64,000 nt of DNA from Diplonema japonicum (taxonomy: Eukaryota; Protista; Euglenozoa: Diplonemea): contig OZ025696.1 of assembly GCA_964019335.1 (NCBI GenBank), positions 62,001 through 126,000 on the forward strand, written 5' to 3'. The stretch's first letter is position 1. Every line of letters begins with the position of its first letter. The notes under the pieces were generated by a model. The model was not told where the DNA came from, ran no database searches, and was given only the letters and a program-made list of their open reading frames with translations. Positions 10,140-21,818 of the stretch are shown in pieces. The translations under genes and the position numbers were made by a program.

Positions 10140-11800
10140 GTAAAAGGAAATCCCTGATCTGGGACGTCCTGTCTTGTTCTTCTACCTGCCCCTATCTCCC
10201 TTCAGCGGCTTCGGTCTTTCCTTTTTGGGCTGAGCCCGCTCCCTCATGGCGCTCACCCGCTCCTTCTGCCACTGCTGTCTCAGTTTCTGGAGGTCCTTCT
10301 TCGTCTGTTCCGAGACGTGCAGCGGTCTTCTGTCCCAGCCCAAGACCTTTCTCCCCCCTATGGTCCTCAGGCCGTGGTTCCGCCGTTGCTCCGCCGGTAT
10401 GGCTCTGTGTCCCCTGACCTTCCTCCTTATCCGCGCGTCCTGCCAGCCTTCCTGCAGCCTCACCAGCAGGCCATGTAGCCGTCTCGCCTTTTTACCTATT
10501 AGTGTCAGGTCTCCACGTTCACCCACCAGCGACTTCATTGTGCTGTTCTCGAAGTCCAGCGCAAGCTCTATTGTCGTGACCGTTGTTCTCCTCGGGCCCC
10601 GGTACCACTTGAGCTGCCCTAGCCATTTGACGATCTCCTGTCCGTACTGTTTCATGAGCCCCCCCCCTACATGTTGTCGTAGTTCTCTCCATGTCGGTGT
10701 CGGGTGTCTTTTTCCTTCTGTGATCACTTCCCACGGATGAGTCGTGTACCTCTCCAGTGCCCTCTTTTCCTGCAGGCGGCGGTCTCGTTCTGTTACCACC
10801 TCCAGGAGGTAGAGCTGCAGGCTCTTGAGATGCTCTTTGTCGTGTCCTCGCGGCAGCACTCCGTGCAGCTGCATGCACCTCGGCATGGCCGTCCGTTCCT
10901 CCACCACTGCTCTGTTAGCTTCCTTGTTTTGTATTTCCCTTGCCAACTCGCAGTCCCACAGCGCGTGCTTGAGCATGTCGTGCTCATGCACCTCGTGTTC
11001 ACATATGTCACAGTTGACGTACTGTGCTGGCTGCCGCCTCGTGGGTCGCGTCATTTCCTCTTCTTCTTCCTCTTCTTCCTCTTCTGAGGTGGTGTCCTCT
11101 CCCTCCTTCGGCGGTTCGATGTTCTTCTTGGCGTCCGTGTGCCACCCCCTGGGGTTGATGTAGAAAACTCCCCCGGTTATCACCCGCTGTAAGGCCCTGG
11201 CTGCTATCGGATCGTTGCTCTTCCTCAGCCGCTGCCAGAGCTCGTTCGTACTCGGGTCCGCTCCTTCCCCCAGGTCTCGCATCGACCTCCTCACCTGTTC
11301 GATGCTTTTTGAACGTCCCACCCTCAGCCTCTCCCGCATTTCGTGCGCGAAACGTTCCTTCCCTTCCTTCAGCTTCTGTGTGAACCCCGTCCAGCCGAGA
11401 CCCACTTTCGGAAGCCACCTTCGCAGCATATTGCCTACCGGACCTAGCGGTGTTGTTCTTCCTTCCTCGCGGTATGCTACTGCCAGCCTTTCACATCTTT
11501 CCCACACTGTCCCCTTCTTCTGGTGCACCCTGTGGAATAGAGCCATTGCGCGGTATGGCGAGGCCACCTCCGGGTCGTATGTGTGTCCTTTATGGAGGAT
11601 TGATAGCACTGCCGCCGGGTTTCGTGTCCTGTACCTCGGTCCCCACAAGGCACGCGACGCCACTTCGTCAGTTTTGCGAGATATCCATCCGATGGTGGGG
11701 AGAAGGCTACGTCGTACAGGCAGCTCGGTATTACAGTGGTCTGCAGTACCTCCCCCCTCTGCTCATAGCTTAGCGGCGTGATCGCGAGTCTCTCCAGCCT
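10140..11800 (-). mobile_element. 5'-truncated non-LTR retrotransposon (LINE), subfamily B, ~1.65 kb
   Basis: Post-RT region RLERLAITPL...VIPSCLY (11800-11670), a frameshift, then ORF 10182-11663 with ALWG...KGH.YDP, the CCHC knuckle CDIC...HALWDC and a C-terminal WLGQLKW...IELALDFE domain. RT core absent. T-tracts at both ends on the sense strand. Confidence 0.8.
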
Positions 11801-11802
11801 GG

Positions 11803-11833
<31 letters not shown>

Positions 11834-12085
11834 AAACACCGAAGTCAGACACAAATCGAAACGATTTTTGGTAACTTCTGCTGAACGGGGGCTTTGAGAA
11901 TGCGGAAAAAAAAAAGAAAAAAACTCTTGACAAATACCCAATACTTGGCCATATGTGAGTGGAAGGAGGTCATTGTGGCACCCCCTTATTAAAAAAGAAA
12001 AAGAAAATCTAGAAGAACAACAGGTCGGTTGAAATCTGGATTTCTTTTTTTTTTTTTTTTTTTGCACGTTGAAAGATCCGTTCTC

Positions 12086-12123
<38 letters not shown>

Positions 12124-12667
12124 GTTGACGTTGAAAAAAAAAGGGGAAGGGGGGGGAATCGTGCAATGCCTTTGGGGGGGCAAGAGGCTGCACATAAACA
12201 TAAAAGAGGAACTGGCCGCTGGTTCTATCGGCCTTAAACCTAACCCGTAAACACGTTGCCAATGTTCCCCTTTTGTTGGCCAAGACTCGTTCTTGCGAAA
12301 AAAGTAAATAAAGGAAGAAAAAAAAAGTGGTATTCAACTCGTGTAGCGACAAAATAAAAATATTGCTAAGAATAGGCGGGATATTCTTTGCTTATTTCTT
12401 TTGCGTAACGGTTACAAAAATCCCTTTCCCCCCCCCAAAAGATGACATTATTTGTAAAGCGTAACACTGCCGACATACAGTGCCCCCCCGGTCTAAGCAA
12501 TTCTTTTTTGAATTTCTTGAGGCCTTATTTTTATTTTTCTTTTGAAAAAAAGGGTGGAGAAAAAAGAAAGAACAAAAAAAAAGAAAGTTAAAAAAAAAAA
12601 AAACGTGTAAGTTGGTGGTACAATATAAAAAGAAAAAGAAAAAGAAAAAAAAAAAGAAATAAAGAAG

Positions 12668-12943
12668 TAAAAGGAAATCCCTGATCTGGGACGTCCTGTC
12701 TTGTTCTTCTACCTGCCCCTATCTCCCTTCAGCGGCTTCGGTCTTTCCTTTTTGGGCTGAGCCCGCTCCCTCATCCCGCTCCTTCTGCCACTGCTGTCTC
12801 AGTTTCTGGAGGTCCTTCTTCGTCTGTTCCGAGACGTGCAGCGGTCTTCTGTCCCAGCCCAAGACCTTTCTCCCCCCTATGGTCCTCAGGCCGTGGTTCC
12901 GCCGTTGCTCCGCCGGTACGGCTCTGTGTCCCCTGACCTTCCT
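12668..12943 (-). mobile_element. Short 3' fragment of LINE subfamily B
   Basis: Near-identical to 10140-10424 (one small deletion). Same 3' end, different 5' truncation. Confidence 0.9.
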
Positions 12944-12957
12944 AAAAAAGAAAAAAA

Positions 12958-13108
12958 ATATATATAAGCGTTAAAGTGCGCTCGTGCAGTTGCTGCCTGT
13001 TCGTCACCCTGAGCATCTGCAATACGTTCGGGCGCTACCGGTGATGACCGACGAGGAGGTCAACACCGAACAACACATCTGATGTACTTCTTATATTTCC
13101 ATGTTGTC
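12958..13108 (-). repeat. Internally deleted ribozyme-SINE copy (ribozyme core joined almost directly to the tail)
   Basis: Keeps ACCTCCTCGTCGGTCATCACCGG and GACGAACAGGCAGC. The 5' P1 strand is missing. Ends in a TTTAACGCTTATATATAT tail. Confidence 0.8.
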
Positions 13109-14139
13109 AAAAAAAAAAAAAAAAAAAAAAAGGCAATAGAAGGACGCTAAGGGGAAAAAAGGCAATAAAAGGACGCAAGGGAGCACTATAGAATAACTCT
13201 ATGAAGTCTCACACAATACCATAATACCACAAATAAAGATTAAGAATATGTTTCATTCATCTTTGGTATCAGGGGGGGGTAGGGGGGGAGTCAAAGGGGT
13301 TGAAATTTCCAAAATCAAATCTTGCACATATGTGACACAAAGGCGCAAAAAACCACCAATCCCAAAGATCGCCCAAAAACCCATTTCCCGGCCGAGTTTC
13401 AACGAACTATGCAAAGCGGGATACAAGCCGGGGCCGTTGGGTGCCAGAAGGGTCAGGCGGTCACGCCCCTTTGCCTGCAAACAAAAAAACCCCCGAATAG
13501 CGGCGGAAAGTAGTTTCTTTTTTGGTATGTGGGTAATCTTGTGGTACAATTTACCCAGAAGGTGCGTTTTCTGAAAAACACGAATTTCGAGATTTTTTAG
13601 GCACGGTGCCCCCCCTAGGGCTATGTTAGGGCAAGGAAAACGCGTTTCCAAGCTTTTTTTTTTTTTTTTTTGAAAATAAGGAAACGTTTTCTAATTCCTT
13701 TGGGGGGGGGAATTCTGCATATGTTCTAAAAGAAAGGGCAGAGCTTACCTTTTGATTACTGCAATGGTTTCGTGTTCATTATGGAAAAAAAAAAAAAAAA
13801 AAGAGCAACTATTTACTACCGACAAGTAATGACTTTACCTTTTTGCTCCGCTTAAGAGCTGCACAGGGAATAAGACCCCCCCAAAAAACAAAAGAGGTTG
13901 ATTGTTTGTGCAGCCGTGGTCACCTATTTTAGGATTAACGGACAAGGTGCCTCTACTTTTTTTTTGCAATGCCAGCAAAAAGAGTAATAAAAAAAAAAGA
14001 AGAAAAGGAAGCCACAAGCATTGTCTACTTGATTGCTGCAGCTTCTTCTGCATTCCATCTTCAAAAAAAAAAAAAAAAAAAAAATGGGGCTTTGATTGCA
14101 ACACTAGGTGGCGTTAAGCGTGCAATGAAGCACGAACTA

Positions 14140-14410
14140 CCTACTTGATTACAGGGGGCGCTCCTCGGCCGAGTTGTAGCTTCTTCTGCGTTCCGCGTCG
14201 TGTCCTTAATGCGTGCGGTGTGCTCAACCCTAGCCGGGGCGTCCCGGGTAACCAAGATTCTGCGTTCGTGCAGTTTGCTGCCTGTTCGTCACCCTGAGCA
14301 TCTGCGTTACGTTCTTCCACTCGGGCGCTACCGGTGATGACCGACGAGGAGGTCAACAGCGAACAACACATCTGATGTACTTCTTATATTTCCATGTTAT
14401 CCCCACCACC
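14140..14410 (-). mobile_element. SINE-like non-autonomous retroelement with 5' HDV-like ribozyme (best-preserved head)
   Basis: Homologous to 23734-24059 and 31616-31884. No credible ORF. Starts immediately after a sense-strand T-tract. Confidence 0.85.
14277..14410 (-). ncRNA. HDV-like (nested double-pseudoknot) self-cleaving ribozyme, predicted
   Basis: P1 GGUGGUG(14410-14404)/CAUCACC(14339-14333). P2 GCUGUUG(14360-14354)/CAG[G]CAGC(14284-14277). P3 ACC/GGU. L3 UCCUCGUC. P1.1 CC/GG(14332-14331). P4 CGCCCGAGU/GCUC[A]GGGUG. J4/2 CGAA with catalytic C at 14288. Confidence 0.85.
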
Positions 14411-14433
14411 CTTAAAAAAAAAAAACCGTAAAA

Positions 14434-14504
14434 AGAGATAAAGGAGGCCAGTGTTGAAGGGCATCCTGCACAAGCACTGTCAACTTGATGCAGGGGGGGC
14501 GCAC
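14434..14504 (-). repeat. Diverged 3' fragment of the SINE-like family
   Basis: aaggaggccagtgttg...cctgcacaag...acttgatgcaggggg..gcgcac aligns to 23741-23810. Confidence 0.65.
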
Positions 14505-14736
14505 TTCGAAAAAAGACAAATCAGAAAAAAAGAAAAAGAATTAAAAAAAAGAAAATGTAGAAAAATGTACAGTGTTGTCAAACACGCAACAAAGCGTGTG
14601 GGGGCTTGACACCCTCGCTAGTGCACTCTAAGAACCCGAAAACTGCTCTAATCAAATTCGAGTGCAGGGTGAGAAATAAATATTTGCCCTGTGCAGCTCT
14701 TTGAATAAAAAGAAATGACTTTTTGAAAATTACCTC

Positions 14737-14771
<35 letters not shown>

Positions 14772-15105
14772 AGCAAAATCAGACGTATCCCACTGTGAAT
14801 GGTGTTCTTTTCGTCATTTCTTTTTTTTGTTTCTTTACTTCTGGAAACCCCCCTTAAAAAAAAAAACTTACTTTACGTGGTTCCTTTATCAATTTGAAAT
14901 ATGTGCCCCCCCCCCATTTATTTTTTCGTTCTAGCATTGGGTCGCGGCTTTATGCTTCCCTACTGCTTCAATTTTCACATTTCTTTTTTTTTTTTGTGCT
15001 CATAAATAATTACACCAGAATTAAAAAAAGAAAAAAAAAAAAGAAAATCGATGCCAGAATAAACTCACTATTTCTTTTTTTTTTGTGTCACAAAAACTTA
15101 TACTA

Positions 15106-15198
15106 ATATATGAGTTAAAGGAAGTCTTTGTGAGACGCCCCCTTGTTCTCATCTTCTACCCTGCACCTATCCCCTTTCAGCAGCGGTTTCTCCTCCTA
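15106..15198 (-). mobile_element. Very short 3' fragment of LINE subfamily A
   Basis: Near-identical to 9707-9797. Confidence 0.85.
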
Positions 15199-16072
15199 CT
15201 AAAAAAATCAAGACCTTTGGCACCAATGGCGACCGCTTTGCTGCATTACATTTTTCGTCGAAAAAAAAAAAAAAAAAAAAGTTCTTGTGACAAAAGAATA
15301 GTAAGAGTAAATTGACCATAGGGGAGAGAAAAGAAAAGAAAAAAAAAAAAAAATAAGAAGACACAACCATTAATTATTTCTGCCCAGCACAAAGTGTGAC
15401 AAGTTTCTAGTTTATCATTTTTCTTCCCCCGCATAGCTGCAAGGAGGAACTGTCTGTGGAGTAGCTTATAAATTCTTATTTGCCAACTTTCCCCTTACAA
15501 GTCAAAAGCTTTGTTTGTTACTGTAAAAACGAAAAAAATCTGGAAGAGAAAAACTACCGGCATTCTTCCATGTGCATGGGTGCAAACAGATTGTTGTCAC
15601 TCCGGCATTTCTTTCTCTCCAGGACTTTTTTCGCTTTACAGTATTTATTATGTTATTATTAAATAATGGTTCAATTTTATTTCACTTTTTTCGTCATTTG
15701 AGTCACTCACTCTTCACGGCCGGAATGGCATCAGATGGCTAAAAATAGACAAAATACCCCCCCCCCCCACCCCAAAAGAAATTCAAGGGGGTTGTATTAT
15801 TCTTATGACTTATGTCTTGTTGTTCGCACGAGTAAAGGGAAAAAAAAAAAAAAAAGGAAAAAAAAAAAAAAGAAAAAAAAAAAAAAGCCGCATTAGCCTT
15901 TTTTTTTTCTTTTTTTTTTTTTTTTTCTCTTTTTTTTTTTTTTAGCTCGGCACAAGTTTGCATAAGGTAAATAAAAATTCGTTTGAAAAAAAAAAAAAAA
16001 AAAAAAAAAAAAAGCATAACCTAAATAATTCTGCCTTTTAGGGGGGGGGGGTATTATCGCACGAATGAAGAT

Positions 16073-16105
<33 letters not shown>

Positions 16106-16114
16106 GCCTTTCAC

Positions 16115-16468
16115 TCATCTCTCATCCCAATCGCTCAACAGTCTTTCAAGTTCCAGCTCTATCATATTTTCCTTTGCGCAGAACGAGGACAGCTCCCTAG
16201 GGACGTTCTCAAGCACCCGAGACCCATGGATGCTGTACCTCTCCTCAAGGCTCTGCTTATGCTGATTCACGTGCAATGTGTCACAGCCCTTCGCTCCACA
16301 CTTCCCAGTCTGGTAGAAGTCCTCACATCTGGTCTCCACAACCTCCGATTGCACCTTTTTAATCTGAACCTGGCAGTCCCTGCACCTCAACGTCGCTATG
16401 CCCTTCTTGTTGATCCTGGCAGTCTCCCAGTTGTTGTGAGTGCAACCTAAATCTGGGGATTGGACCAT
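16115..16468 (-). CDS. Small zinc-ribbon + CCCH-type protein (117 aa), paralog 2
   Basis: CTHNNWE...LRCRDCQ...CEDFYQTGKCGAKGCDTLH...KQSLEER. Confidence 0.8.
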   Translation of the reverse strand: MVQSPDLGCTHNNWETARINKKGIATLRCRDCQVQIKKVQSEVVETRCEDFYQTGKCGAKGCDTLHVNQHKQSLEERYSIHGSRVLENVPRELSSFCAKENMIELELERLLSDWDER

Positions 16469-16599
16469 GTTACCTTCTTCCCCCCCCTCACCCCTTCCTG
16501 TTTACATACTTCGCAAACCCGCATTTTACAAAAGAAACATAAAGAGAAAATAAAACGAAGGTGTAAAAAAAAAAAAGAAGGGTACTATGGATAGCTTTT

Positions 16600-16635
<36 letters not shown>

Positions 16636-16789
16636 AGAATGTAAAAGACACGCAAAAACCGTTTCTTTTTTTTTCTGTTGAGGGGGGAGGGGGGGGAAGG
16701 AGAAAAAGTTAAAAAAAAAGGTTGTTTAACCGGGGCCCCTGGGTTTCCTTTTTTTTTTTTTTTTCTCTCTCCTCCACCCCTCAAGGGGG

Positions 16790-16828
<39 letters not shown>

Positions 16829-16875
16829 ATTAAGGAATTTTGCTTTGTTTAACTTTTATTTTTTTCTCGTTGTGT

Positions 16876-16908
<33 letters not shown>

Positions 16909-19900
16909 TTATCCTTTTTCCATAGTACCATAAAAAAATTAAAAAAAAAAAAAAAAAAAAAAGGAGAGAGGAATAAAGTTAAAATGTTGTGTAGCAGTAC
17001 TAAGTTGTTACGGGTGTAAAAAAAAAAAAAAAATCACTATGATAGGAACGAAGTGGTTAGCAACGGCCCGCCAAAAAAAAAAAAGAAGAGGAAGGTAAGG
17101 GCAGTTGCATGCCAGAGGGGGGAGGGGTAGAAACACGTTGTCAACGGTCCCCTGTCCCCTGTCCCCATTTTAGTTCGGACAAGTCAAAAAAAAACAGAAC
17201 TCGTTCCTTTTTATACGCACGTCAGAAACCCCTTTAAATAATAAAGTTTCAGATAAAGAGTACTTTTCTGCAGAGAATCTGTGATGAGAATTAGTAGAGA
17301 CAATAAAAAAAACAGAACCCAAGGAAATGTCAAATTCTTTTTTTTTCTTCTTTCCTTCTCCTCCCCCTTTTTCTATTTCTTTTTTTCTTTTCTTTCCTTC
17401 TTTTTTAAATTTATTTTTTTTTTTTCTCACCTGAAAAACCTTCTTCTAGCGCGGAGGAATAAAGGAAGAAAAAAAAAAAGAAGGGGAAAAAAAAAAAAAG
17501 AAAAGAAAATATGGGAGAGGGGAAAAAGAGAGAGAAAGTACAGGGTTGTGAAAAAAAAATGAAAAAAAAATACAGTAAATCATTTTGGAGACCAAATATA
17601 ACACTTATAATAGGTGGTAACAAATGTTCAGATAGATAGCCTAAAGGACAAGAGGGTAAAAAAAAAAAATTAAAAAAAATGAAAGGAGAGGTCCTTTCTT
17701 TTTTTTTTTTTTTCGTTTCCCCTTTTTTTTCTTTTTTTTTTTTTTTTTTTTTTTTCTTGAGAAGCAAATACCGTGAGCAATTTATGCACGAGCCAAACAA
17801 TCTGAAGGGAAGTTTTGAAAAAAAAAACAATTTTCTTTTCATTGTTTTCTTCATCTTTGACTCAGGGGAAAAAAAAACAAAAAAAAAAAAAAAACGGGGG
17901 CAAGAAAAATGAAAAAAAGAAGACAAGAAGATGTATCAAATACACCTTTGGACAATCATCTTTTTCTCTTCAGCGACTCATTTGTCGTCACTTTGTAACA
18001 CCCAGACATAGGGTAGACGGGGATGCTTCTTCTTTCTTTTTTTTCCCCCCTCCCTTTTCAACTGACCCCGAATAAAAACCATAAAAGGTGACAGAGGAAT
18101 GAGTCACCCCCAAAAAAAAAAAAAGTAAATTTGGCGCGGGGGGGGGGGAGTTTTTTTATTCTGGGTCGTAAAATTTTGCGAGCAACCCCGAAAAAAAACC
18201 CCCCCCCAAAAAACTGCCTTATAACAAAAAAAAAAAAAAAAAAAGGAAATGGTGTACACGAAACAGAAACAACTGGCATTAAATGGCCATAGAGGCGAAG
18301 AAGAGAGCTTCGATACAAAAAGAAAAATGGAACATAAAAGAAGTCTTTCGTAAAAGAACTATTCTACCGTGCTGGTTCTTTTTCTTTTCTTCATTTCTTT
18401 TTTTCTTTCCTTCTTTTTTTTATTGCTCTCTGTATCGATAGAATTTACCCACACACATCAAAAACTTAAAATAAAAGGGGGGGGGGGGGGGGGGGCGGAA
18501 CGGAAGAGGTAGTAAAAATTTCGACTGACTAATAGTAATGTTACTTACTAGGTTATATGTTGTTAACCCTTAAGGACAGGGTGAAAGAAAAATGAGTTCA
18601 TCGGCTTAAGAAGTGCCCTAAAAAAGAAAATTTAAAAAAAAAAAAAAAGAAACTTCAATTTCTTTGAACATATTTCTTCAAGACGCAGAAGACGTTGTAA
18701 GTCGAAAAAAAAAAAAAGGAAAAAATAATATTTCCATGCAAAAAAAAAAAAAAAAAAGAAGAAGAAAAAAAGGCGGCCATCGCTGGCCGAAAGAAAAAGA
18801 GGAGAAGAAAATATCAGAGGTTAAAAAAGAAAAAGAAAAAAAAGAAAACTTTGAGGTTAGGTACTCAGCTTTTCTTACGTGATTTGTTAACCAAATAGTT
18901 AGTGGCTGAACAAACAAAAAAAAAATATAAAAAAATAGCGTTGTTTTCTTTCTTTTTTCTTTTTTTTCTTTTTTTTTTTTCTTTTTCTTTCTTTTCTTTT
19001 TGGTCAGTGTGATCAACAAAAAGGAAACAAGAATGCGACCACCTCTAAAAATTAACCCATCTAGTTAATCCTGAACTTGTTCTAAGGTGTGCCTCACAGG
19101 GGATTTTGGAAAACCCTTACGGGTTTGCGGTCATTTCTTTCTGAAAGAAATAGCAAACTTCTGTGTCCTCCGGCACAGGGGATGCTAAAGGGTGATAGAG
19201 ATGTGGGCCGTGTGAGGTGAAATAAACACTATTACAAATTCAATTCAATTTTGTCAATTGTATTCTTTTCTTTTCAACAAGGACTACCGTTGCTGTCTCA
19301 TTGACGAAGAGATATACCCTCCCCCCCCCCCCCACAGTTCCACCTTTTTAAATAAAAAAAAAAGTGATCTTCTCTCAAAAAAAAAGGGTCCGGCGTGGAC
19401 CACAAATGGGAGAACGGACCATAAAAAATGTTTTTTTCTTTTTTTTTTTTTTTTGGAATTGAAAAAAAAAAAAAAAAAAAAAACTGATTTGTACGTACAC
19501 CAAGAAGGAGACGGGGGAGGGAGGGAATGGGGAAAACGAACAGAAATGAAATGCAGGCGGTAGAAAAAGAAAAAAGAAAAAAAAAAGGGTTAAAAAACTG
19601 TGGGTTAGTAATAGCACCCTCGAGACGGGTAAAAGTCCATCCCACACTTAAAAGACCTAGTCAAAATTCCTCCATTTCTCCTTGCATAAACAAGACATTG
19701 ATGGCGGAGTGGCGGCCTGTTGCTGATTGTATGCAAATATTCTAAAGGGGAATAAACGCAGGGAGGATTCACATACGCCTTTCGCTTACCGGAGTAAGAG
19801 AGGAATCTTTACTGACAAAAATAAGAGAAAGGCATGCTGATTCCTCCCTTTGATCTTCTTCCTCCCTTATTCTTTTTTCTCTTTTTTCTTTCTATTTTCT

Positions 19901-20289
19901 TTTAGCTAACAAGATAAAAAAAAAAAAGAAGGAAAGAAAATAATAGGTATCGCTTTTTTTTTTTTTTTTTTTTTTTTTTTGCATTGTTTGAGTAATAAAA
20001 AAAAAAACAAAAAAAGAACCATTCATCAGGTTTCAGTCAAAACAAAAAAGCAAACAAAAAAAGGGGGGAGGGGGGGGGAAATGTAAAGAGCCCTACTGGT
20101 CATTAGATCCTTGGGGTTTTTTTTTCTTTTTTTTTTTGCCTCTTTTTTTTTTTTTTTTTTTTTTGGTTTTTTTGCTATTTTTCTTTTTTTTCCCTTTTTT
20201 TTTTTTTGTTCGGGTTCCATTAATAATATGGATAAAAAAAGGTTTTCTTTTTTTTTTTTTTTTTTTTTTTTTTTTGAAAAAAGAAATCT

Positions 20290-20328
<39 letters not shown>

Positions 20329-20373
20329 AGAAAAAGAAACCACCCCTTCCTTTATTTCACTTTCTTTTCTGCT

Positions 20374-20733
20374 TCACTCCCAGTCACTCAATAACTTCTC
20401 CAATTCATACACGATGTCATGCTGTGCAATTCCCTCACAGTGAGGCTGGGAAGAAACCTTCTTGGGGACGTTCTCAAGCACCCGAGACCCATGGATGCTG
20501 TACCTCTCCTCAAGGCTCTGCTTATGCTGATTCACGTGCAATGTGTCACAGCCCTTCGCTCCACACTTCCCAGTCTGGTAGAAGTCCTCACATCTGGTCT
20601 CCACAACCTCCGATTGCACCTTTTTAATCTGAACCTGGCAGTCCCTGCACCTCAACGTCGCTATGCCCTTCTTGTTGATCCTGGCAGTCTCCCAGTTGTT
20701 GTGACCACAGTCAGTCGCCAGAGAGACGTGCAT
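20374..20733 (-). CDS. Small zinc-ribbon + CCCH-type protein (119 aa), paralog 3
   Basis: 80-aa core identical to paralog 2; termini differ. Confidence 0.8.
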   Translation of the reverse strand: MHVSLATDCGHNNWETARINKKGIATLRCRDCQVQIKKVQSEVVETRCEDFYQTGKCGAKGCDTLHVNQHKQSLEERYSIHGSRVLENVPKKVSSQPHCEGIAQHDIVYELEKLLSDWE

Positions 20734-20884
20734 GGTTTTTATTTTTTTTTCTTTTTTTTTGTTACGGAGAAAGAAAAAGAGAGAAAGAGAGGAGAGAGAG
20801 GAAAGAAGAAGGAGAGAGGAAACAACAACCTATTTTTTTTTTTTTGTCGGTTTTCTTTGGACAATTTTAAAAAAAAAGAAAACT

Positions 20885-21427
20885 CAAAGTGCAGGACAAA
20901 CCCCCTCATGGAGGGCCGCCCTTGGGTGGGTTGGGGGGGGCTATCTATTTATACTCCCCTTCTGGAGCATTGCTTTTGTTCCAATCGAGGCCCTGAGCGT
21001 CTTGTGGAGTCGTGTGATGCGGTCGCTTGTAGGCGGCTTCAGTTCCATCAGCTTGTCGTGCGTGTGGAGTGGGTGGCGAAGATGGGCCTTCTGGCGAAAC
21101 CCATAGCCGTCTTCCCACCTATTGCGATGAGGGCTTCACTCTCTTCTGTTCATCCGCTGGGAAGGGGCGTGGCTTCTTCCGTGCCCTGCATGCCGCGTTC
21201 AGCTTCCTTATCAGTGCTTTGATCTTGCGAGCCCTATCTTCCAGCAGACCTCCCAATAACCTGCCTGTCGTCCATTCGAAGTCGATGGCCAATTCCACCG
21301 CTGACACTTCAAAGCTGGTGTCCTCCTTCACCCATCGTAGCTGTGACAATCACTGCAGCATCAGGAACTCTGCGACGATTCCACCCACTCCTTCGAGCTC
21401 CCCCGCCGTTGGCACGAGGCATCTCCT
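20885..21427 (-). mobile_element. Decayed 3' fragment of a third LINE subfamily (C); boundaries approximate
   Basis: LSQLRW...VSAVELAIDFE...RARKIKALIRKL...RPFPADEQ is homologous to WLGQLKW...IELALDFE...KARRLHGLL...RAIPAEQ of the 10182 ORF. Confidence 0.7.
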
Positions 21428-21491
21428 AAAAAAAAAAGGAAATCCCATAAATCCCAAAACGAGACTCTGTAAAGAGTATCAGTCTGGCCTG

Positions 21492-21787
21492 TTAAAAGGC
21501 CGGAGGGGTACCAGGTGAGCCCTCCGAGCCTGACTGGCCTAACCGGCTGCTTCCTTGATCAGAGGCCACCTTCAGGATGTTCATACTTATGCCTCGCTTC
21601 ACAGCCCGGCGCTTGTGGGTGCCACCAGGTAGGATAGGCTGGGGATCGGCGGGTGCCTTACTCTGGCTTTCAGACTTATGTTTAAAATAACGTGCTCGCA
21701 TTATTCCTAGCAGCACTGCAAAAACAAGGAACAGGGACCCCAGTACGAGTAGCTTCGTCATTCTCGTGTCAGTGCCAGAGTCAGAAT

Positions 21788-21794
<7 letters not shown>
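21492..21794 (-). CDS. Small single-pass membrane protein (100 aa), hypothetical
   Basis: ATG after an A-run, coding-like GC content, one TM helix (LLVLGSLFLVFAVLLGIM) followed by basic residues. Confidence 0.6.

Positions 21795-21818
<24 letters not shown>

Noticed and set aside
11801-12352. Upstream part of the 291-aa ORF 11477-12352 as a LINE extension
   Set aside because: Only 11670-11800 is LINE-like; the upstream part is low-complexity flank read through a T-tract.
14330-14380. Plus-strand TGATGA/CTGATG as a hammerhead core or C/D-box snoRNA
   Set aside because: No correctly placed GAAA and stems, and no terminal stem with a D box. The minus-strand HDV fold explains the conservation far better.
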